Of a DNA stretch of 48,865 nucleotides, positions 27,943 to 35,665 are shown piece after piece. Each line of letters begins with the position of its first letter. Positions within the stretch are counted from its first letter, which is position 1. The notes beneath the pieces were generated by a model. It ran no database searches. It saw nothing but the letters and a program-made list of their open reading frames with translations, and was not told the origin of the DNA. The DNA is from Candidatus Levyibacteriota bacterium (GTDB lineage: Bacteria > Patescibacteriota > Microgenomatia > Levybacterales > UBA12049). The translations under genes were made by a program, and so were the position numbers. The stretch covers positions 1 through 48,865 of the forward strand of contig DAHWUP010000005.1 in assembly GCA_027334565.1 (NCBI GenBank), given 5' to 3'.

Positions 27943-27958
27943 AGTGATATAAATTACT
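27943..27958. promoter_or_regulatory. candidate Crp-family operator (AGTGA-N6-TTACT)
   Basis: This is an imperfect inverted repeat resembling TGTGA-N6-TCACA. It lies in the divergent spacer between the Crp-family gene and the small ORF. The match is weak. Confidence 0.2.
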
Positions 27959-27964
27959 TATATG

Positions 27965-27992
27965 CGCTATTGATAGCGTTATAAACTATAAC
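27965..27992. repeat. two adjacent perfect palindromes: CGCTAT-tg-ATAGCG and GTTATA-aac-TATAAC
   Basis: Read directly at 27965-27978 and 27978-27992. Further TTATAAC words occur at 27930-27936 and 28011-28017 (within the palindromic GTTATAAC at 28010-28017). Confidence 0.4.
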
Positions 27993-28023
27993 AAAAGTAA
28001 CTTTCTATCGTTATAACTTTAAG

Positions 28024-28032
28024 AAGGAGGTG
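28024..28032 (+). promoter_or_regulatory. strong Shine-Dalgarno sequence AAGGAGGTG, 6 nt before ATG 28039
   Basis: Read directly. This is the best anti-SD match in the window. Confidence 0.5.
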
Positions 28033-28038
28033 AAAAGT

Positions 28039-28128
28039 ATGAAAGCTTTATTCGGCAGTTATAAAAACAAACTGTTAAAGCTGATCGGACAAATCGCCAG
28101 TTTATATCTGGCGCAGATTATGATCTAG
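28039..28128 (+). CDS. candidate small protein, 29 aa (MKALFGSYKNKLLKLIGQIASLYLAQIMI)
   Basis: The ATG is preceded by AAGGAGGTG at optimal spacing and the ORF ends at TAG 28126-28128. It is too short for the ORF track. The N-terminal half is basic and the C-terminal half hydrophobic or amphipathic. No homology could be assessed. Confidence 0.35.
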   Translation: MKALFGSYKNKLLKLIGQIASLYLAQIMI

Positions 28129-28219
28129 ATAAAATAATCCCCTGAACTTGTGTTTTAAAATTTCAACAACTTATGGAAAAAGGGTTTTCGGAAATTTAAA
28201 ATATGAGCTTGGGAATTAC

Positions 28220-28687
28220 TTATTTTAGTTGTTTGTATCGTAGTTTTGCTTCTTTGAACAAAGATACGGTAAGAGGGCTGTCGTAATTTTCCCTATAATA
28301 TACGCACGAGATTCCGGCCTGGATCAAGATCTTGGCGCAATGGACACAGGGCAGGTTGGTACAATAACAAATCGCTTTGTCGGTTGAGATGCCTTCGTTT
28401 GCCGCCTGTATAACCGCATTTTCTTCGGCGTGGACACAGATGCATTTATCCAACTGCTGGCCGGAGGAAATCTTGCCTTTGACCGATAAGGCGCATCTTT
28501 GGCAACCGCCTTCGTTGCAGTTTTTAATTCCCTTGGGGGATCCGTTGTAGCCGGTGGCAATGATACGGTTGTTCGGATTGACGATCACCGCGCCGACCTT
28601 GCGGGTTAAGCAATCCGATCTGGTTCGTACCACTTCCGCGATGTCCATGAAATATTTATTCCACTTGTCCTTTTTAGCTTGGGTCAT
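28220..28687 (-). CDS. deoxycytidylate (dCMP) deaminase, ComEB-type
   Basis: 155 aa. The zinc motifs are CVHAEENA (HAE) and PCVHCAKIL (PCxxC). The ATGYNG block is also present. Confidence 0.9.
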   Translation of the reverse strand: MTQAKKDKWNKYFMDIAEVVRTRSDCLTRKVGAVIVNPNNRIIATGYNGSPKGIKNCNEGGCQRCALSVKGKISSGQQLDKCICVHAEENAVIQAANEGISTDKAICYCTNLPCVHCAKILIQAGISCVYYRENYDSPLTVSLFKEAKLRYKQLK

Positions 28688-28732
28688 ATCATTTAGTTAT
28701 AATTATATCACGGGATTTTTAACCACGATATC

Positions 28733-28761
28733 TTGACATACGTATGTGTTTTGATTATGCT
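28733..28761 (+). promoter_or_regulatory. candidate promoter TTGACA-17-TATGCT
   Basis: TTGACA is at 28733-28738 and TATGCT at 28756-28761, 13 nt upstream of ATG 28775. There is no Shine-Dalgarno sequence. Confidence 0.4.
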
Positions 28762-28774
28762 AATCCTACCTTAA

Positions 28775-29281
28775 ATGAAACAATTACTCAAAAATAAAGT
28801 TTTACTGATCGGGGCAGGGGTGGTATTGGTGATTTTGGTCGTTATTATCGGCGGAGCGGTATTTCTCAGCAAAGCCAATAATTCCCAATCCAATCAGGAT
28901 GTCAACGCTTTGCCTACACAAATACCTATCCCGACGTTAACGCCCGCTTCCATAGGCCTGAGTCTTAAGGTCGGAACTCCCGGACAGACGGTTGTAGCGT
29001 CTTTATCAAATACCGCCGGTATTTCCGAAGCCGACTACGAACTGGATTATACCGCTAAAAACCCAAATCCTACTCCCGGCGGCGCCGACAGGGTACCTCG
29101 AAAGATCATCGGCAGCTTCGATTTGAGCATACAGCCGGTATCCAAAGAGATTAAACTGGGGACCTGTTCGGATGTTTGCCATTATGACCAGGATGTCCAG
29201 GACATTTCGTTAATCCTAAAAATCACTAAGAGCGACGGTACGGTGTACCAGTCACAAACCTCACTCTCTTCGGCGCAATAG
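28775..29281 (+). CDS. membrane-anchored hypothetical protein
   Basis: 168 aa. It has an N-terminal TM helix (VLLIGAGVVLVILVVIIGGAVFL), a Pro/Thr-rich linker and a roughly 100-aa soluble domain. No family is recognised. Confidence 0.6.
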   Translation: MKQLLKNKVLLIGAGVVLVILVVIIGGAVFLSKANNSQSNQDVNALPTQIPIPTLTPASIGLSLKVGTPGQTVVASLSNTAGISEADYELDYTAKNPNPTPGGADRVPRKIIGSFDLSIQPVSKEIKLGTCSDVCHYDQDVQDISLILKITKSDGTVYQSQTSLSSAQ

Positions 29282-29363
29282 GACCAAAGGTCCACAAATT
29301 TTTTCCAGCGTACATATTTAGTGTTTCCATAAAATTAAGGCACTACTATAACCCGTTTACCTA

Positions 29364-29392
29364 TTGACAGCTTCCAAAAACTGGCGCAAAAT
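29364..29392 (+). promoter_or_regulatory. candidate dcw (mraZ) promoter TTGACA-17-CAAAAT
   Basis: TTGACA is at 29364-29369 and CAAAAT at 29387-29392. It lies immediately upstream of the TGGGA repeat array. Confidence 0.4.
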
Positions 29393-29401
29393 TAAGTAAA
29401 A

Positions 29402-29428
29402 GTGGGAAAAATTGGGAAAGAGTGGGAA
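29402..29428 (+). promoter_or_regulatory. MraZ operator-like array: three direct repeats GTGGGAA / TTGGGAA / GTGGGAA with exact 10-bp period
   Basis: TGGGA occurs at 29403-29407, 29413-29417 and 29423-29427. The array lies between the candidate promoter and the mraZ SD (GGAGG at 29431-29435). It matches the E. coli MraZ operator logic of three TGGGN repeats with 5-nt spacers. Confidence 0.65.
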
Positions 29429-29439
29429 TAGGAGGCAGG

Positions 29440-29883
29440 ATGTTAATCGGTCAATATGAAGGCAAAATCGATCATAAGCAACGAGCGGCATTACCTAAAA
29501 AATTCCGGGAAGTATTAGGCGATAAGTTGATAATTACCTTAGGTTATGAGAACTCGCTTATTGTCGTATCAGAGAAAAACTGGAAGGCATTACTTGAAGG
29601 TACCGAAGGGAGACCTTTCATCGATTCGGCAACCAGAGAAACCCAGCGGTTTCTACTCGGAGGAGCTTCGAATGTCGAGCTCGACCGTAAGGGAAGGTTT
29701 ATATTCCCTGCTTATCTTAGAGAGTTTGCAGGAGTTAAAGAGAATGTCGTGTTCATAGGCTTATCGAGGTATGTAGAGCTCTGGAGCAAGGAAAAATGGG
29801 AAGAATACCGAAAAACATTGGCAAAGAACATAGATTCGATTTCACAAAAACTGGTTAAAAAAGAAGGTGAAGGGAATGATTAG
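29440..29883 (+). CDS. mraZ: transcriptional regulator MraZ
   Basis: The sequence opens MLIGQYEGKIDHKQRAALP and carries a second LDRKGRFIFP copy, giving two DxxxR SpoVT/AbrB-like repeats. I prefer ATG 29440 (GGAGG 4 nt upstream) over the tracked GTG 29422. Confidence 0.9.
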   Translation: MLIGQYEGKIDHKQRAALPKKFREVLGDKLIITLGYENSLIVVSEKNWKALLEGTEGRPFIDSATRETQRFLLGGASNVELDRKGRFIFPAYLREFAGVKENVVFIGLSRYVELWSKEKWEEYRKTLAKNIDSISQKLVKKEGEGND

Positions 29884-30784
29884 TTTCCATCAACCTGTTC
29901 TTTTAAACGAAGTTGTCGATCTTTTACAAATTAAACCCGAAGGGAAATATATCGATGCGACCATAGGCGGAGGCGGACACACCGCTAAGATTCTTTCGCT
30001 CGGCGGAAGAGTATTGGGAATCGATTTGGACCAGGATGCATTGGATTATGTCGGTAAAAAACTTGCGTCGGATATTTCCGGAGGAAGGCTGATTTTGGCG
30101 AAAGGAAATTTCGGTGATTTGGCAAAAATCGCTCATTTGAACGGTTTTGGGAAAGTCGACGGGGTTTTATTCGATCTGGGGGTTTCATCTTACCAGATCG
30201 ATACGGCCGGTCGCGGTTTCAGTTTCTTATTAAACGGTCCGCTGGACATGAGGATGGATCGAAGTTCTGGAGCAACGGCCGAGGCGCTGGTGAATCTTTT
30301 AGGAAAACGCGAATTGAGCGATTTATTCGGTAAATACGGCCAGGAAAGATTAAGCCGCACCATCGCCAAAAGGATCGTTCAAAGGCGAAAAATAAAAGCG
30401 ATCAAAACGACCGAAGAGCTCTGGGAAATCATTGCCAAAGCTTACGGGATAAAAGGGGAGGTCTCGGATTTTACCAGAACAAAGCTTAGCCAGAAAGTAT
30501 TTCAGGCCTTAAGGATTGCGGTTAACCAAGAACTGGAAAATCTTGCTTTGGGTTTACCCGAAAGCCTGGAAATATTAGAGGAAAAAGGGAGAATAGCGGT
30601 AATTACTTTTCATTCGCTTGAGGACGGGATCGTAAAAAGAACGTTTCTTGAGTTTGAAAGGAAGGGTTTGGGCAAACAGGTTATAGCAAAACCCTTAACG
30701 GCGGGGAGAAGGGAAACGGAAGAAAATCCCAGGTCAAAAAGCGCCAAGCTAAGGGTATTTACAAAGGAGTTAAATTATGAATAA
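29867..30784 (+). CDS. rsmH: 16S rRNA (cytosine1402-N4)-methyltransferase RsmH (MraW)
   Basis: 305 aa. Contains HQPVLLNEV, DATIGGGGH, DLGVSSYQID and ITFHSLED. Confidence 0.95.
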   Translation: MKGMISFHQPVLLNEVVDLLQIKPEGKYIDATIGGGGHTAKILSLGGRVLGIDLDQDALDYVGKKLASDISGGRLILAKGNFGDLAKIAHLNGFGKVDGVLFDLGVSSYQIDTAGRGFSFLLNGPLDMRMDRSSGATAEALVNLLGKRELSDLFGKYGQERLSRTIAKRIVQRRKIKAIKTTEELWEIIAKAYGIKGEVSDFTRTKLSQKVFQALRIAVNQELENLALGLPESLEILEEKGRIAVITFHSLEDGIVKRTFLEFERKGLGKQVIAKPLTAGRRETEENPRSKSAKLRVFTKELNYE

Positions 30785-31058
30785 ACCGGTTTTACTGATT
30801 TTTGGTTTGGTAGTAACGATTGTAGCCTTGGCAATTATAAGAACTTCGATTGCCAACAATATCGTTACTTCGGGTGTGGTATTGGCCCAAATACAGGAGC
30901 AATCCGATCAGTATAAGCTCGAAAACAGCATCTTGTACGAGAAGCTGTATGCATTGTCCTCTTTGACAAACGTTGCCCAAAAAGCATATGATTTAGGGTA
31001 CCAAGATCAAGCTTCCGACTTTGTCCTGGGCAAGCAGACGGTTGCATTAAAACAATGA
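30777..31058 (+). CDS. ftsL: FtsL-like cell division protein (bitopic, coiled coil)
   Basis: 93 aa. It has one N-terminal TM helix followed by a helical region. It sits in the conserved position between rsmH and ftsI and overlaps both neighbours. Confidence 0.55.
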   Translation: MNKPVLLIFGLVVTIVALAIIRTSIANNIVTSGVVLAQIQEQSDQYKLENSILYEKLYALSSLTNVAQKAYDLGYQDQASDFVLGKQTVALKQ

Positions 31059-32737
31059 CATGGAGATACAGACTGGTTTTTGCCTCAATAGTATTCTTTT
31101 TTCTACTTATAGTTGTTCGTTTGTTCTATTGGCAAGTAGTTAGAGCTCCCGAGTTGTCGGCTTTGGCTCAGGAGCAATACGGTACAGCCGTAAATGTCCA
31201 GCCACAACGGGGCGACATCGAAACCTCTGACGGTTTTCCACTGGCAACATCCCAAATCACCTACCTGGTTTTTGCAAATCCCAAAGAAATTCAAAACAAG
31301 AACGAAGAGATCTTAAGCCTTTCCAAATATCTTGATGTAGGCGTTGCTTCTTTAAGTGCCGATTTGGCGCTTGACAGGTTTTGGGTTCCGCTTGAAAGCG
31401 GAGTAAGTATCGAAGTAAAAAGTGAGATAGAAAAGCTGAATTTACCGGGTATCGGGTTTTCGCAACAATACGAAAGATTTTATCCCGAAGCCTCGATGGC
31501 GGCTCAGCTATTGGGATTTTTAGGCAAAGACGAACAGGGAAACGATAAAGGTTATTTCGGCCTTGAAGGTTATTATGACCGTTTATTAAGCGGAAAAGAA
31601 GGGGTTGCGGTACAGGTGCATGACGCGTTCGGCAGGCCGATCCTGGCCAGTATGAACACCACTTCCAATGCCACAGACGGCCAAAACCTCATTCTGAATT
31701 TGAACCGATCGATTCAGTTTTTGGTGGAAAAGAAATTGAAGGAAGGGGTTGAAAAATACGGTGCCTCGTCGGGTATGATAGGCATCATGGACCCAAAGAC
31801 GGGGGGGATACTCGCGATGGCTTCTTATCCTAAATTCGACCCCCGCGACTATCAGGATTATCCGGAAGAACTATATATGAATCCTTTTATTTCCGATTTA
31901 TACGAGCCGGGTTCGACCTTTAAGCCGATTGTGATGTCATACGCTTTAAATCAAAACGTTATAACCCCGCAAACACGCTGCAACATTTGTTCCGGCCCGG
32001 TTGAGGTCGGCGGCTATGCGATTCATACCTGGAACGATAAATATTTTCCCGGTACCGATATGATCTCAGTGATCCAACATTCGGATAATACCGGCATGGT
32101 ATTTGTTGCGCAAAAGCTCGGACTGGACAACATGTTGACGGGACTTGGTAAGTTCGGGATCGGAAGCGATACCGGGATAGATCTGCAGGGTGAGGCTTCG
32201 GCAGCTTTAAAACCCAAAGACCAGTGGTATGCGGTGGATTTGGCTACCACCGGTTTTGGCCAGGGCATATCGGTTACACCCATAGAGCTTTTGGATGCGA
32301 TCGCAGCTATCGCAAATGACGGAAAACGCATGCAGCCTGAGGTAGTTAAGGCGGTAGAGAATCCGGACGGGAGTATCGTTGGGATACCTCCAAAGGTTCT
32401 GGATCAGCCTATAAGCCCTCAAACGGCCAAAGTAATGACAGAGATAATGGTTAACGCCGTAAACAAAGGCGAAGCGTCTTTTGCACGTTTGAAGGGATAT
32501 AGAATCGCCGGTAAAACCGGGACCGCTTCGATACCGATAGCAGGACATTATGACCCTACGCAGACGATTGCCTCATTCGTCGGATTCGCGCCCGCCGACA
32601 ACCCCAAATTCGTGATGTTGGTTATTTTGAATCGCCCCACGGCCTCGATTTACGGCGCAGAAACGGCAGCGCCCATATTCTTCGACATCGCCAAATCACT
32701 GCTGGAATACTATGGTATTCCTCCAAGCGGAGAATAG
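31055..32737 (+). CDS. ftsI: class B penicillin-binding protein / peptidoglycan D,D-transpeptidase FtsI
   Basis: 560 aa with an N-terminal TM helix. The three PBP motifs are STFK (EPGSTFKP), SDN (HSDNTG) and KTGT (AGKTGTA). Confidence 0.9.
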   Translation: MTWRYRLVFASIVFFFLLIVVRLFYWQVVRAPELSALAQEQYGTAVNVQPQRGDIETSDGFPLATSQITYLVFANPKEIQNKNEEILSLSKYLDVGVASLSADLALDRFWVPLESGVSIEVKSEIEKLNLPGIGFSQQYERFYPEASMAAQLLGFLGKDEQGNDKGYFGLEGYYDRLLSGKEGVAVQVHDAFGRPILASMNTTSNATDGQNLILNLNRSIQFLVEKKLKEGVEKYGASSGMIGIMDPKTGGILAMASYPKFDPRDYQDYPEELYMNPFISDLYEPGSTFKPIVMSYALNQNVITPQTRCNICSGPVEVGGYAIHTWNDKYFPGTDMISVIQHSDNTGMVFVAQKLGLDNMLTGLGKFGIGSDTGIDLQGEASAALKPKDQWYAVDLATTGFGQGISVTPIELLDAIAAIANDGKRMQPEVVKAVENPDGSIVGIPPKVLDQPISPQTAKVMTEIMVNAVNKGEASFARLKGYRIAGKTGTASIPIAGHYDPTQTIASFVGFAPADNPKFVMLVILNRPTASIYGAETAAPIFFDIAKSLLEYYGIPPSGE

Positions 32738-32739
32738 GA

Positions 32740-32745
32740 TATAAT
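32740..32745 (+). promoter_or_regulatory. TATAAT hexamer 8 nt upstream of ATG 32754
   Basis: Read directly. There is no convincing -35 and no Shine-Dalgarno sequence. Confidence 0.3.
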
Positions 32746-32753
32746 ACCTTAAG

Positions 32754-34088
32754 ATGAGAAAACGATTGGGTTTTTTCGTACTTAACTATCTTAGGTTTTT
32801 CGCAAAACTAAAAATTAAAAGGGTCAAACCCCTGATCGTCGGCGTCGGCGGATCCAGCGGAAAAACTTCGCTTGCTAATTTTATTTACCTGATACTTGGT
32901 CAAAGATACAAGGTTAAACAAAGCCGCGGCAAAAACAGTGAAACGGGGATCCCTTTGGATATCCTTAACCTTTCCGCCGGAGATTATTCGAACCTGGACT
33001 GGCTGAAGGTATTGCTCAAGTCGCCGGTAAAATTCTTGATCGGGCTTGACTCGTATGACGTTTACATCGCCGAAATGGGAATAGACAGTCCCAAGGAACC
33101 TAAAAACATGTCGTACCTTTTAAAGATAATCCGGCCGGAGATTGCGGTATTGACCAACATTGCATACGAACACAGTGTTTATTTCGATCCCCTGGTGCTT
33201 GAGGAAGAGGATGAACAACGTGAAGAACGGATCTTAAAACTTACCGCAGAACAGGAACTTTTACTTTTGACTTCGGTTGAAGATAAAGGAACGGTGGTCC
33301 TTAATATCGACGATGGGTATATCAAAGATGCGCAACAAAGGATAAAGGCAAAAAAACTCACGCTTTCGGAAAGGGACGAGACCGCGGATTTTTTTATCGA
33401 AGATGTAAAAAATTACGTCACCGAGTTCGTCTTGGTTTTTAAATTTGAAGGGGAAAAATATAAAATAAAGATCGATAATCCTCTGCCTAAACATTTCGCG
33501 TATTCCTTTGTCAGTGCGATCGCAGTGGCAAAAGCCTGCGGGATCTCGGTCGAGGAGTCCATCGGAATCCTCGAAAATAATTTTACTCTGCCTCCCGGGA
33601 GAATGAGCGTATTTAAAGGTATCAAAGATACCGTGGTTATCGACTCATCATATAACAATGCGACACTCACGCCTATTCTCGATCTTTTGAATTTTGTCAG
33701 GCAGATCGGCAGCCAGCGAAGAAGGATCGGGATTATCGGTGATATGCGGGAGCTCGGCACGATGAGCAAACCTCTGCACGAGGAGGTAGCCAGAAAAATG
33801 CTTCAAACCTTGGACGTGGCTATTTTGATCGGACCATTGTGCCAAAAATATATTTTGCCGATCTTAAAAAGCAATAATTTCAAAGTGTATTCGTATCTTA
33901 ATTTCACTTCCGCCAAATCGACCATCCTCGATGAGGTCAGGCCAAAGGATATCGTTTTGGTAAAAGGATCGCAGAATACCTTATTTCTTGAGAGGGCGGT
34001 TGAGCTTCTGTTGGAAAACCCCAAAGACAAGAATAAGCTATGCAGGCGCGGTGAATATTGGGAAAAGATCCGAGAAAAATCTTTATAG
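32754..34088 (+). CDS. murF: Mur ligase, MurF-like (UDP-MurNAc-tripeptide--D-Ala-D-Ala ligase), lacking canonical N-terminal domain
   Basis: 444 aa. The P-loop VGVGGSSGKTS already appears at residues about 29-39. Also present are IAEMG, DSSYNNA, IGDMRELG and VLVKGSQN, which are MurF-type blocks. Confidence 0.7.
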   Translation: MRKRLGFFVLNYLRFFAKLKIKRVKPLIVGVGGSSGKTSLANFIYLILGQRYKVKQSRGKNSETGIPLDILNLSAGDYSNLDWLKVLLKSPVKFLIGLDSYDVYIAEMGIDSPKEPKNMSYLLKIIRPEIAVLTNIAYEHSVYFDPLVLEEEDEQREERILKLTAEQELLLLTSVEDKGTVVLNIDDGYIKDAQQRIKAKKLTLSERDETADFFIEDVKNYVTEFVLVFKFEGEKYKIKIDNPLPKHFAYSFVSAIAVAKACGISVEESIGILENNFTLPPGRMSVFKGIKDTVVIDSSYNNATLTPILDLLNFVRQIGSQRRRIGIIGDMRELGTMSKPLHEEVARKMLQTLDVAILIGPLCQKYILPILKSNNFKVYSYLNFTSAKSTILDEVRPKDIVLVKGSQNTLFLERAVELLLENPKDKNKLCRRGEYWEKIREKSL

Positions 34089-34421
34089 TTTAAGTTCCAA
34101 AATATCGTTCAACTCGGTTTTAGACTTTTGTATACTGCCAGAAGGAAGTTCCAGTACCAGATCGAATTTTGGATTCCAGAATACTACCCGGTTGGGTTCA
34201 ACCCCTCTTTTTAAGAACACGACTTTTTTGCTTCTGCTTAAGACCATCAGATCGATTGCGTACTTCATCATAAAAGTATGTATACCGAATCTGGTCCTAA
34301 AAACGAGGGGTTGGGCCTTTGCCGTGAATAATAAGCCCTTGGTTTTTCCGAAGCCTTTTTGAAACGAAAAATTTTCCGCAACTAATGTATGCTTCGACAG
34401 ATTTCTTATCATCAGTTTCAA
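34083..34421 (-). CDS. DUF192 (COG1430)-like small protein
   Basis: 112 aa. The pattern KGLLF...FGIHTFMMKYAIDLMVLSRSKKVV...LVLELPSG matches the DUF192 pattern as I recall it. It is the only minus-strand gene inside the dcw cluster. Its stop overlaps the murF stop region by 6 nt. Confidence 0.65.
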   Translation of the reverse strand: MKLMIRNLSKHTLVAENFSFQKGFGKTKGLLFTAKAQPLVFRTRFGIHTFMMKYAIDLMVLSRSKKVVFLKRGVEPNRVVFWNPKFDLVLELPSGSIQKSKTELNDILELKL

Positions 34422-34432
34422 TTATACTAAAC

Positions 34433-34461
34433 TAGAGAATCACCCATATAAAGGGTATAAT
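34433..34461 (+). promoter_or_regulatory. candidate promoter TAGAGA-17-TATAAT
   Basis: A perfect TATAAT lies at 34456-34461. The in-frame ATG at 34469 is 7 nt downstream, while the tracked ATG 34463 is only 1 nt downstream. There is no Shine-Dalgarno sequence. Confidence 0.45.
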
Positions 34462-34462
34462 A

Positions 34463-35665
34463 ATGTGCATGTGGCAAAGAATTAAGAATATTTACCATTT
34501 GTTTGTCGCAATTGTTGCCAATTTGCTGTTTTTATTTCCTTCAAATGATTTAACGGTGATAGCCGTTACCGGAACCGACGGAAAGACCACGACCGTGAAT
34601 CTGATTTATCACATACTTAAAAGTTCCGGCCGAAAAGTTTCGATGGTTTCAAGTATAGGCGCGGTGGTTAACGGGAAAAAATATGATACCGGCTTCCACG
34701 TGACCACGCCGTCGCCGTTTCAATTACAAAGATTGTTTCAAAAGGCAAAGAACGAAGGTTCGAAATACTTTGTTTTGGAAAGTACTTCCCATGCGCTTGA
34801 CCAAAACCGTTTGTTCGGCATACATATCGATATCGGAGTCCTGACCAACGTAACCAGCGAGCACCTGGATTACCATAAAACCTACGATAATTATCTTAAA
34901 ACCAAGGCTAAACTGTTAAGATGCGCAAAGATTTGTGTGGTTAACAGCGATGACGATTCATACAAACATCTATCCGATGTTAAGGAAGAAAAAGATGCGA
35001 AAAGCTGGGTCACTTACGGATTATCCGATGATTCGAAGGTCAATCCTCGGAATTTTGATCTAAGTTCGATAACGCTTATCGGGTCTTTCAACCGTTATAA
35101 CGTATTGGCCGCGGTGGCGGCAACCAGAATGTTAGGCATAAACGACAAAGAAATAAAAAGCGCTCTTTCGAGTTTTAAATTACCGGTGGGCAGGGTGGAG
35201 TATGTGTACCGGAAAGATTTTGGAGTGATGATAGATTTTGCGCATACTCCCAATTCGTTCGAAAAGATCTTAAGCTTTGTCAGACCGTTGACCAAAGGCA
35301 GATTGATCCATGTTTTCGGCAGTGCCGGCGAAAGGGATAAGAGTAAAAGGCCTTTAATGGGTGAAATTTCCGCAAAGTATGCCGATATCCTGATCTTGAC
35401 TGCCGAAGACCCGAGAAGCGAGGATGTTAACGAAATAATTGCGGAAATAGAAAAAGGAATTAAGAACGATGAGGTTAAGGTGGTAAAGGTTCCACAAAGG
35501 CGTGAAGCGATCCAAAGGGCGATCAAAATGGCGCAAAAAGACGACCTGGTTCTAATTACCGGCAAAGCCCAAGAGGGTTCGATGAATTACGGTAATAAAG
35601 AAACTCCTTGGGACGAATTTTTGGTGGTCAGGGACGCTTTGCAAAAACTAAAAAATGAAAATTAA
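34463..35665 (+). CDS. murE: UDP-MurNAc-L-Ala-D-Glu--diamino acid ligase MurE, N-terminally short
   Basis: 400 aa. The P-loop VTGTDGKTTT lies at residues about 35-44. FGSAGERDKSKRPLMGEISAKYADILILTAEDPRSED parallels the E. coli GCGGDRDKGKRPLMG...DDNPR region. The retained Arg of the DNPR-type motif hints at meso-DAP specificity (inference). The true start is possibly ATG 34469. Confidence 0.85.
   Translation: MCMWQRIKNIYHLFVAIVANLLFLFPSNDLTVIAVTGTDGKTTTVNLIYHILKSSGRKVSMVSSIGAVVNGKKYDTGFHVTTPSPFQLQRLFQKAKNEGSKYFVLESTSHALDQNRLFGIHIDIGVLTNVTSEHLDYHKTYDNYLKTKAKLLRCAKICVVNSDDDSYKHLSDVKEEKDAKSWVTYGLSDDSKVNPRNFDLSSITLIGSFNRYNVLAAVAATRMLGINDKEIKSALSSFKLPVGRVEYVYRKDFGVMIDFAHTPNSFEKILSFVRPLTKGRLIHVFGSAGERDKSKRPLMGEISAKYADILILTAEDPRSEDVNEIIAEIEKGIKNDEVKVVKVPQRREAIQRAIKMAQKDDLVLITGKAQEGSMNYGNKETPWDEFLVVRDALQKLKNEN

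Noticed and set aside
28220-28687. Deaminase as a nucleotide-depletion defence gene
   Set aside because: Its size, the HAE/PCxxC motifs and its overall similarity fit a housekeeping ComEB-type dCMP deaminase. There are no associated defence-like partners.
29281-29304. GGACC-aaa-GGTCC hairpin with a downstream T-run as terminator of the 168-aa gene
   Set aside because: The stem is only 5 bp and the T-run is offset by 5 nt. It is plausible but not supportable from sequence alone.
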